Positions 1 to 7,190 of a stretch of 64,000 nucleotides of DNA are shown piece after piece. The translations under genes were made by a program, and so were the position numbers. The stretch's first letter is position 1; the number at the start of each line of letters is the position of its first letter. The stretch is from Spirochaetia bacterium (GTDB lineage Bacteria; Spirochaetota; Spirochaetia; CADAEX01): the NCBI GenBank assembly GCA_045606105.1, contig JAZURI010000007.1, positions 37,554 to 101,553 on the forward strand, given 5' to 3'. Under the pieces are notes generated by a model. The model was not told where the DNA came from. It saw only the letters and a program-made list of their open reading frames with translations, and ran no database searches.

Positions 1-210
1 CTCCTGGATTCCGTATCTGTTGAATTCGTTGTGGACAAGCCCCTTTACCTGTTCTATTTTCTGTTTTTCCCGTACCTTGTCAAAGACCTTCCTGCCATTG
101 GCAATCTTGTATTCCGCAACACGGCGGGAAATTTCCATTCTCTCCTCGTAAAGGGCTGCAATCTCCCTGTCTACCTTATCAATCTGTTCCCTGAGTTCGC
201 TGAGTTCCAT
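1..210 (-). CDS. chorismate mutase (AroQ class), N-terminal part; gene runs off the left edge
   Basis: Minus-strand ATG at 210-208. My own translation is MELSELREQIDKVDREIAALYEERMEISRRVAEYKIANGRKVFDKVREKQKIEQV..., which fits the AroQ chorismate mutase helix pattern. It is absent from the ORF track because there is no stop inside the window. Confidence 0.6.
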   Translation of the reverse strand, partial: MELSELREQIDKVDREIAALYEERMEISRRVAEYKIANGRKVFDKVREKQKIEQVKGLVHNEFNRYGIQE

Positions 211-219
211 GTTTTACCT

Positions 220-1368
220 TCAGTTTTTGTATAGATGAACAAGACATTCCATATCCGGTGTCTGCGGATAGAAGTCAAACATATGTATGGTATCAATCCT
301 GTAGCTTTCCCGGGTCAGTTTTCCCAGGTCCCGTGCCAGGGTAGTGAAGTTGCAGGAGAGATAAAAAATTTCCTTTGCATCGGAGCCGGTCAGGTAATCG
401 GCCACCTTTTCCGATATTCCCGTTCTTGGCGGGTCCAGGAATATGGTATCCGGCTTTATTTTCTTTTTAGGCGATTTTATCCAGGCCTCGGTTTTCATGT
501 TGAAGAACCTGCACCGGCCGGCTCCGGCTGTGTTTGCGGCGCCGTATCGGGCTGAAAAAGGGTTTTCCTCCACAAAGAAAAGCTCCCTGTACCGGTCTGT
601 AAAGAAAATACCCGGCAGTCCGATTCCGGAGTAAAGGTCAAGCCAGATATCGCCCCCCTTTACCATGCATTCCAGTGTCTCCAGCATTTTTTCGAAAACC
701 AATCTGTTGCTCTGGAAAAAACAGAGGGAATTGGTTCTTATATCCTTTCCCTTGAGGCGGATGACAATATCCTCCGTACCGTTTCCCAGAGCCGGTGAGA
801 AGACCTTTTTATCAGGGGCAAAGAATACAGTTCTCTCCCTGAGCTTCAGCTTGCCTCCTCCCTCCAGCATTCCGTTTATTTCCTCAGAGCATACGGGACA
901 GCTTTTTACCGGAAGAACATTGTTGGTAGCTCCCGACATGAAGCCCGGATTTCCGTCCGGTGCCGGATGAAACTGAGTCCTTATCCTGTAGCCGTAAGGC
1001 CGGGAAGGAATTACCTTTATATCGGAAAAATCTATCCGTCCGGTTCTTTTCAGGGCCTCTGTAAGCATCTCTTTTTTCAGTTCAAGCTGTCTTTCGTATT
1101 TTATATGCTGGAGGGAGCATCCCCCGCATCTGCCGAAAAGAGGGCAGAGTGGTTGTGTACGGTCCGGGCTGTAATCTGAAATCCCGGTTATTTCCCCGGT
1201 AAGATACCCTTTTTTCTGGTCTGTTATCCTGATTTCTGCTGTCTCTCCCGGTATTCCGAAAGGGACAAATAGAGCCATCCCGTCCGCATGGGCGAGACAG
1301 CTGCCGTTTGAAAGAAGCTTTTCAAATCTGACTGTGTATTTATCAGATAGAAAGTCTCTGGTGTCCAT
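220..1368 (-). CDS. RumA/RlmD/TrmA-family RNA (uracil-5)-methyltransferase with Fe-S cluster
   Basis: The ORF track gives 220..1494. I trimmed it to ATG 1368 (MDTRDF...) because the upstream part lies inside the ABC-F gene. Motifs: Cys cluster CPLFGRCGGCSLQH, and SAM-MTase motifs LDLYSGIG and LDPPRTG. Confidence 0.8.
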   Translation of the reverse strand: MDTRDFLSDKYTVRFEKLLSNGSCLAHADGMALFVPFGIPGETAEIRITDQKKGYLTGEITGISDYSPDRTQPLCPLFGRCGGCSLQHIKYERQLELKKEMLTEALKRTGRIDFSDIKVIPSRPYGYRIRTQFHPAPDGNPGFMSGATNNVLPVKSCPVCSEEINGMLEGGGKLKLRERTVFFAPDKKVFSPALGNGTEDIVIRLKGKDIRTNSLCFFQSNRLVFEKMLETLECMVKGGDIWLDLYSGIGLPGIFFTDRYRELFFVEENPFSARYGAANTAGAGRCRFFNMKTEAWIKSPKKKIKPDTIFLDPPRTGISEKVADYLTGSDAKEIFYLSCNFTTLARDLGKLTRESYRIDTIHMFDFYPQTPDMECLVHLYKN

Positions 1369-2980
1369 TGTAGAGAGAATCCCTGAGTGCCTGAACATCC
1401 TCGGAAAGAAGATATTCGTCAAAGCCCATTCTCTTATCGATAATCTTGTTGTCAGGACAGAACTCGATGATTCTGTTGGCAACAGTTTCTGCAAACTGAT
1501 GGTCGTGTGTATTCATGAGAATAACACCGGTAAAATCGGTAAGACCTGAGTTGAGAGACTGGATGGATTCCAGGTCCAGGTGGTTTGTCGGCTCATCGAA
1601 GATCAGGGTATTTGCACCGCTGAGCATCATCTTTGCCAGCATGCAGCGTACCTTTTCACCACCGGAAAGGACATTTACCTTTTTCAGGGCCTCTTCTCCT
1701 GAGAAAAGCATTCTTCCCAGGAAACCTCTGATATAGCTCTCATCCTCTACAGCTGTATACTGCCTCAGCCATTCAACAAGATTTACCTTGTCTGTGAAAT
1801 ACTCGCTGTTATCCTTAGGATAGTATGCCGGAGTAATTGTTACACCCCAGTTATATGTACCTTCATCCGGATCCAGTTCTCCCGCAATGATCTGGAAAAG
1901 GGTAGTCTTGGCCAGGTGGTCAGGTCCTACGAAGGCAATCTTGTCTCCGTGCTGTACCTGCAGATTAAAATCTTTGAGAACCTGGATACCGTCCACATTC
2001 TTGGAAATTCCTTTGATATCCAGGATGTTTCTTCCGCATTCTCTTTCAGGCTTGAAGGCAACATAAGGGAATTTTCTTGAGGTTGAAGGCATTTCTTCCA
2101 GGGAGAGCTTGTCAATGATCTTCTTTCTGGAGGTTGCCTGCTTTGATTTTGCGGCATTGGATGCAAATCTCTGGATAAACTCCTTAAGCTCTGCAATCTT
2201 GTCCTCTCTCTTTTTCTTTTCATCCTTTCTCTGCTTTGCAGCAAGCTGGCTGGCCATATACCAGAAGTCGTAGTTACCGGCATAAAGCTTGATCTGACCG
2301 AAGTCAATATCTGCCACATGGGTACATACCGTGTTAAGAAAGTGTCTGTCGTGGGAAACTACGATAACTGTGTTGCTGTAGTGTGAAAGGAAATCCTCCA
2401 GCCAGTTGATAGACTCCAGATCCAGGTGGTTGGTAGGCTCATCAAGGAGAAGAATATCAGGATTTCCGAAAAGGGCCTGTGCCAGAAGTACGCGGACCTT
2501 GTCACCACCCTCAAGCTCCTTCATCTTTTTTTCGTGCATCTCCTCAGGAATACCCAGGCCGGCAAGAAGGGTAGCTGCTTCAGGCTCTGCTTCCCATCCG
2601 TTCATGTCTGCAAAATCGCTTTCCAGGGCAGAGGCTCTGATTCCGTCCTCTTCCGTAAAGTTTTCCTTTGCATAGAGTGCATCCTTTTCTATCATAACAT
2701 CATAAAGCTTCTTATGCCCCATGATGACTGTATGCATTACTGTATATTCATCAAATTCAAAGTGGTTCTGCTTGAGAACCGACATTCTTTCTCCAGGAGT
2801 AATGGTTACCACGCCGTCGCTTGCTTCGATTTCTCCCGAAAGGATCTTGAGAAATGTTGATTTACCGCTTCCGTTGGCACCGATAAGGCCGTAACAGTTG
2901 CCCGGAGTAAATTTAAGATTCACATCCTTGAACAGGATGCGTTCTCCATATTTAAGAGTTATACTGCTTGTACTGATCAT
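1343..2980 (-). CDS. ABC-F family ATPase (two ABC cassettes, no membrane domain)
   Basis: Walker A GANGSGKST, Walker B LLLDEPTNHLD and LIFDEPTNHLD, and signature-like LSGGEKVR. There is a charged inter-domain linker (KQRKDEKKKREDK). Length is 545 aa. Confidence 0.9.
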   Translation of the reverse strand: MISTSSITLKYGERILFKDVNLKFTPGNCYGLIGANGSGKSTFLKILSGEIEASDGVVTITPGERMSVLKQNHFEFDEYTVMHTVIMGHKKLYDVMIEKDALYAKENFTEEDGIRASALESDFADMNGWEAEPEAATLLAGLGIPEEMHEKKMKELEGGDKVRVLLAQALFGNPDILLLDEPTNHLDLESINWLEDFLSHYSNTVIVVSHDRHFLNTVCTHVADIDFGQIKLYAGNYDFWYMASQLAAKQRKDEKKKREDKIAELKEFIQRFASNAAKSKQATSRKKIIDKLSLEEMPSTSRKFPYVAFKPERECGRNILDIKGISKNVDGIQVLKDFNLQVQHGDKIAFVGPDHLAKTTLFQIIAGELDPDEGTYNWGVTITPAYYPKDNSEYFTDKVNLVEWLRQYTAVEDESYIRGFLGRMLFSGEEALKKVNVLSGGEKVRCMLAKMMLSGANTLIFDEPTNHLDLESIQSLNSGLTDFTGVILMNTHDHQFAETVANRIIEFCPDNKIIDKRMGFDEYLLSEDVQALRDSLYNGHQRLSI

Positions 2981-3021
2981 ATATATAGTTATAGTTTTTT
3001 AAGGAAAAAATTACAATAGTA

Positions 3022-3052
3022 AGAAAAAAAAAGCTCCTCTTCCGAGGAGCTT
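3022..3052 (-). terminator. rho-independent terminator downstream of the porin-like gene
   Basis: 9-bp stem aagctcctc/gaggagctt with loop ttcc. On the minus strand it is followed by a run of 9 T (plus-strand A-run 3023-3032). Confidence 0.8.
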
Positions 3053-3078
3053 TTATTAATCTTTAACTAATGGTTAGA

Positions 3079-4212
3079 TTAGAAATCGATTTTTGTTACG
3101 AAGTAAAGTCCGCCTTCAGCTGCTGTAACTGTGTCTGTGTTAAGAGTCTTGAAGAAATGTCCCTTTTCAGCATCTTCGTTGAAGTAGATGTAACCGAGCT
3201 TGTAGCATACACCCTTTTCAGGTTTTGCAACGATACCAACTTCGAATGTCTGGAATGCTTCGTCTCCACATGTGTTCTCTTTGTAGTCACCGAATGCGAA
3301 CTGTGCACCAGCGTTAACTCCGAGCCAATCGAGGAAGAAGTATTCAGCATCGATACCCATTGCTGAGAATGGTGAGTACTTGTCTTCTCCCCAGTAATCT
3401 TCACCGAAAGCACCTGCAGCAGAAACGCCGATCTTAGCTCCGAAAGCTTCGAATGCTACACCAGCTCCCCACCACTGTCCTCTGTCTTCACCGTTGTCTT
3501 TAGAGATAACGTGTCCACCGATTGTGAAGAGGTAGTCTGCGATTGCGAGTTCGTACATTGCTTCAACACCGAACATGTTTGCATCTTCGGCAGCTTCCTT
3601 GAAGAAGTAACCTTCTACCCAGAGAGGAAGTTCCATTGCAGCAAAGTCAAGTCCAACACCGAGGAGGTACTGTGCATCGTTGTCGTATGCTGTACCAGCG
3701 TCTGTTGTGTCAAAGTTGAGTGCAGCGTATGGCTGTACAAGACCGTCAGCGAATGAAAGGTTCAGTTTTGCACCGAAGTCCTTATCTGTTGCTGGGTTAT
3801 CGATGTCGTCGGAATATTCATATGCGAATCCTGTGAAAGATACGTTGTCGAATGTTTCCCATGAGTTGAGACCGATGTCTGTTGAGATTCCGATTCCTTC
3901 AAGACCGAAGAATTTTCCCCAGTCAGAGATTACTCTGAAGTAATTGAAAGAAGGTGTTCCTTCTCCCTTAGTTCCTGTTGATTTGTTCCATGAACCGTCT
4001 TCTTCAATTTCGATAGCCATCTTTGTGTAGTCACCGATAGCTCCCTTGATGTCTACTTCACCCTTGTCCCATTTGTCAGCAAATTCTGCTGAATCACTGT
4101 CATCGAAACCATTAACCATGTAATAGTCGAATTCGCCGCTGATTGTGAGTTCTGAGAAAACAGGCATAGCAGCAAAAACCAAAACCATAGCCAAAACTAA
4201 AAGTTTTTTCAT
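3079..4212 (-). CDS. putative outer-membrane beta-barrel porin-like protein
   Basis: Signal peptide MKKLLVLAMVLVFAAMPVFS. The sequence is acidic and Gly/aromatic-rich with alternating strand pattern, and the C-terminus ...YFVTKIDF ends in Phe. It has a consensus promoter, a strong terminator, and codon usage like the ribosomal protein genes. Confidence 0.6.
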   Translation of the reverse strand: MKKLLVLAMVLVFAAMPVFSELTISGEFDYYMVNGFDDSDSAEFADKWDKGEVDIKGAIGDYTKMAIEIEEDGSWNKSTGTKGEGTPSFNYFRVISDWGKFFGLEGIGISTDIGLNSWETFDNVSFTGFAYEYSDDIDNPATDKDFGAKLNLSFADGLVQPYAALNFDTTDAGTAYDNDAQYLLGVGLDFAAMELPLWVEGYFFKEAAEDANMFGVEAMYELAIADYLFTIGGHVISKDNGEDRGQWWGAGVAFEAFGAKIGVSAAGAFGEDYWGEDKYSPFSAMGIDAEYFFLDWLGVNAGAQFAFGDYKENTCGDEAFQTFEVGIVAKPEKGVCYKLGYIYFNEDAEKGHFFKTLNTDTVTAAEGGLYFVTKIDF

Positions 4213-4288
4213 TTTTTGTTCTCCTTTGTTTTTTTAGGGCCCCGATCAACAACCGAGGTACTCCCCTAAAATAATATAATTCTATTAT

Positions 4289-4317
4289 ATTATAGCAATC
4301 TTAAAATCTGCTGTCAA
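4289..4317 (-). promoter_or_regulatory. consensus sigma-70 promoter for the porin-like gene
   Basis: The minus strand reads TTGACA (4317-4312), a 17-nt spacer, then TATAAT (4294-4289), about 75 nt upstream of the ATG at 4212. Confidence 0.65.
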
Positions 4318-4347
4318 CAAAAATTTTTTAAATTTTAACATACAGGT

Positions 4348-5541
4348 TTATCTCAGACCGTAGTTGTCAATTACGAAATCCAGGTCCTTGTCTCCCCGGC
4401 CCGAAAGATTTACCAGAATTGACTTTCTCGGATTTTCCTTTGCATACTTCATTCCGTAGGCCACTGCATGGGCGCTTTCCAGTGCAGGGATGATTCCCTC
4501 TGCCTTAGGCAATGTATAGAAGGCATCCAGACATTCCTCGTCATTTACGGTTGTGTATCTTACTCTTCCCAGGTCCTTCAGCAGGCAGTGCTCAGGTCCG
4601 CTTCCCGGATAGTCGAGACCGCTGGCAATGGAATATACCGGAAGTGGTTCTCCGTTCTTGTCCTGGAGCATGTAGGATCTGAAGCCGTGGAGGATTCCCG
4701 GTGTTCCGTAGGAAAGGCTGGCTGCGTGGTCTCCGATCTGAAGTGAACGACCTGCCGGCTCAACACCGATAAGCTCTGTTTCTTCGTCATCCAGGAAGCC
4801 TGTGAACATACCGATGGCATTGGATCCGCCGCCCACACATGCTGTTACCGCATCAGGAAGCTCTCCTGTCATTTCAAAGAACTGCTCTCTTGACTCTATT
4901 CCGATAACTCTCTGGAAATCCCTTACAAGCAGAGGGAACGGATGCGGTCCCAGAACGCTTCCGATACAATAGAGGGTATTTACCGGATCTTTCAGGTATG
5001 CCTCAAAAGCTGCATCAACTGCCTCCTTCAGGGTCTTGAGTCCGTGGGTTACAGGTATTACGTTTGCTCCCAGGAGCTTCATTCTCATTACGTTAGGGTG
5101 CTGCTTTGCAATATCCACCTCTCCCATGTAGATGTCACATTCCAGGCCGAAATATGCTGCTGCGGTAGCTAGTGCCACTCCGTGCTGTCCGGCCCCTGTC
5201 TCTGCTATGATCTTTTTCTTCCCCATGTATTTGGCCAGGAGTCCCTCTCCCATGCAGTGATTCAGCTTATGGGCACCTGTATGGTTCAGGTCCTCTCTCT
5301 TGAGGTAGATTCTTCCGCCGCACATTTCCGAAAGCTTCTTGCAGAAATAGACCGGTGTAGGTCTTCCCTGGAAGTGCTTTCTTATGCTTCTGAGCTCTGA
5401 AATGAACTCGTGGGATTTGCTGATTGAGTAATATGCATCATTTATCTTATTCATTTCGTTCTGAAGTTCGTCTGAAATGAAGGAACCGCCGTATTCTCCG
5501 AAAAAGCCTTTTGCATCCGGATATGTCTTGAAGTATTTCAT
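4348..5541 (-). CDS. trpB: tryptophan synthase beta chain (stand-alone, no trpA nearby)
   Basis: Motifs: [16 protein letters not shown] (PLP lysine region), [11 protein letters not shown] and GGGSNAIG. The start was moved to ATG 5541 (MKYFK...), which has SD AAGGAG 8 nt upstream. Confidence 0.9.
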   Translation of the reverse strand: MKYFKTYPDAKGFFGEYGGSFISDELQNEMNKINDAYYSISKSHEFISELRSIRKHFQGRPTPVYFCKKLSEMCGGRIYLKREDLNHTGAHKLNHCMGEGLLAKYMGKKKIIAETGAGQHGVALATAAAYFGLECDIYMGEVDIAKQHPNVMRMKLLGANVIPVTHGLKTLKEAVDAAFEAYLKDPVNTLYCIGSVLGPHPFPLLVRDFQRVIGIESREQFFEMTGELPDAVTACVGGGSNAIGMFTGFLDDEETELIGVEPAGRSLQIGDHAASLSYGTPGILHGFRSYMLQDKNGEPLPVYSIASGLDYPGSGPEHCLLKDLGRVRYTTVNDEECLDAFYTLPKAEGIIPALESAHAVAYGMKYAKENPRKSILVNLSGRGDKDLDFVIDNYGLR

Positions 5542-5543
5542 CT

Positions 5544-5602
5544 GTGTTTCTCCTTGTAGAAACACTTTATACTTCCCGCGGTGTTTCTGTCAATAGAAAC
5601 AT
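5544..5602. promoter_or_regulatory. trpB promoter flanked by and overlapping two 22-bp palindromic operator-like sites
   Basis: Site 1 is GTGTTTCT-CCTTGT-AGAAACAC (5544-5565) and site 2 is GTGTTTCT-GTCAAT-AGAAACAT (5581-5602). On the minus strand, -35 TTGACA (5593-5588), a 16-nt spacer and -10 TATAAA (5571-5566) lie between and within them. Confidence 0.55.
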
Positions 5603-5689
5603 CAAAAAATTTTTATTTATTTTGAATTTCTCATTTTGAAGCGTAAATCGGCTCTGCCCGTTAATAGTGTTTGAACGCGGAGGTAAGAT

Positions 5690-6526
5690 ATGGAAGATTA
5701 TTCACTTTCTCAGCTTGTTGCCGCATACAGGAATAAAGAACTTTCGTACGAGGAAATAGAAGAGCGACTTTCAATTTTTGTTTATGAGTATCCGAAAAGA
5801 ATCCATAGGTGGAATCCGGATCTGTGCAGTGAGTTTTTCGAGTTTTTTTACCCCAGGATAAAGCTGGCTGCCGACAGGTTCACCGACAGGGGAATCCCCT
5901 TTGAGAATTATCTGGGCAGTATTGTCTTTTATCAGATGAAGACCTTCATGCTCAGGAAACGGGAGGCAGAGGAAAAGGAAAACATGCTTGCCGTTGCCGA
6001 TTATCACAACAACAGCGATTTCTACGAGAGCCGGGAGGGGGAGCCGTTGATTTTCCATGCCGGGGAGATCAATGCCCCGTACCGGGGAACCAGAAGGAGG
6101 AAGAAAGGAAAGAAACGGATTTTCTATATGGCCATGACCGATCCCGACCGGCTGGATGAGGAAAATATCGAGAAGCTGGCCGACTTTACCGGGTACAGGG
6201 CGGAATATATCCGTAAGTGCCGTGATGCCCTGAGCCGGCGGGTATCGGAAAAGAGAGAAAAGGCTGCCGCTATGGCAGAGAGGAGAAACAGCTGTTATTT
6301 CAGGTATCTGATGCTTGAGGACCGGCTCAGGAAGGAAAGCGATCCCGAGGTAAGGGGCAGGCTGGAGCGGAAAGCCGGGGAGCTGCATTATAAGATAGAA
6401 AGAATCAACAGAAAAATGGCCGGAAAGCATATTAAGGTGACCCATAAGGATATAGCAGAGGTACTTGAGATTCCAAAGGGAACGGTGGATTCCAGCCTTT
6501 ATTATCTGAAAAGAACCCTTGAATGA
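5690..6526 (+). CDS. divergent sigma-70/ECF-like protein with long charged linker (putative)
   Basis: The N-terminus resembles sigma region 2 (LVAAYRNKE...EEIEERLSIFVYEY...FENYLGSIVFYQMKTFMLRKRE). The C-terminus resembles the region 4 HTH (VTHKDIAEVLEIPKGTVDSSLYYLKRTL). About 150 aa of Arg/Lys/Glu-rich sequence lies between them. Confidence 0.45.
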   Translation: MEDYSLSQLVAAYRNKELSYEEIEERLSIFVYEYPKRIHRWNPDLCSEFFEFFYPRIKLAADRFTDRGIPFENYLGSIVFYQMKTFMLRKREAEEKENMLAVADYHNNSDFYESREGEPLIFHAGEINAPYRGTRRRKKGKKRIFYMAMTDPDRLDEENIEKLADFTGYRAEYIRKCRDALSRRVSEKREKAAAMAERRNSCYFRYLMLEDRLRKESDPEVRGRLERKAGELHYKIERINRKMAGKHIKVTHKDIAEVLEIPKGTVDSSLYYLKRTLE

Positions 6527-6590
6527 CCGCTGTTTTATTACTATTATTTACATGTAAACCAAATTGTAAACCAAATAACGGAGATTTTAT

Positions 6591-7190
6591 ATGGATATAA
6601 TAGTAGCAACAGGAAACAGAAACAAGATCAGGGAATTTTCCCAGCTCATGCCGGAGCACAATTTTCTGACACCGGCCGATCTCGGAATGGATTTTGATTT
6701 TGAAGAAAACGGAAGCACATATTTTGAAAATGCACTGGGAAAGGCCATGTATATACATAAGAAGCTGGGAAAGCCGGTTATCGGTGAGGATTCAGGACTT
6801 TCCGTACCGGCCCTGGGTGGAGAACCGGGAATCTATTCTGCCCGTTACGGTTCCGTGGATGGAGTGAAGCTGGGTGACAGCGAGAGAAATGCCTACCTTC
6901 TTGACAAGATGAAAAACATTGAGGACAGGAGAGCCTTCTTTGTATGCTCCATGGTTCTGGTTCTGGGAGAGTATAAATTCTATGCAATCCAGGAGACCAT
7001 GGACGGCGAGGTGACACTGGCTCCTGCGGGAGAGGGGGGCTTCGGTTACGACCCTGTATTTTTCCACAAGGGTATGGGAAAGACTGCCGGCGAGATGACA
7101 CCGGATGAAAAAAATTCCATATCCCACAGAGGAAAGGCCTGTGCAAGGATGAAGCTTCTTATCGGTGCTCTTGCAGAGGAGATGAGATGA
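6591..7190 (+). CDS. rdgB: non-canonical purine NTP pyrophosphatase (RdgB/HAM1 family)
   Basis: Motifs: IVATGNRNKIREF, GEPGIYSARY, GFGYDPVF and ISHRGKA. Confidence 0.9.
   Translation: MDIIVATGNRNKIREFSQLMPEHNFLTPADLGMDFDFEENGSTYFENALGKAMYIHKKLGKPVIGEDSGLSVPALGGEPGIYSARYGSVDGVKLGDSERNAYLLDKMKNIEDRRAFFVCSMVLVLGEYKFYAIQETMDGEVTLAPAGEGGFGYDPVFFHKGMGKTAGEMTPDEKNSISHRGKACARMKLLIGALAEEMR

Noticed and set aside
1343-1368. A 26-nt overlap between the ABC-F stop and the methyltransferase start, which might signal a frameshift or mis-annotation.
   Set aside because: Both ORFs are intact with complete domain sets. Short same-strand overlaps are common in this window (rny/ymdB, rpoA/rplQ). A downstream alternative start cannot be excluded, but nothing suggests a disrupted gene.
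5771-6445. A 224-aa minus-strand ORF inside the sigma-like gene.
   Set aside because: It has no start context or SD, and it overlaps the plus-strand ORF entirely. The plus-strand ORF has SD GGAGG and recognisable sigma-like ends.
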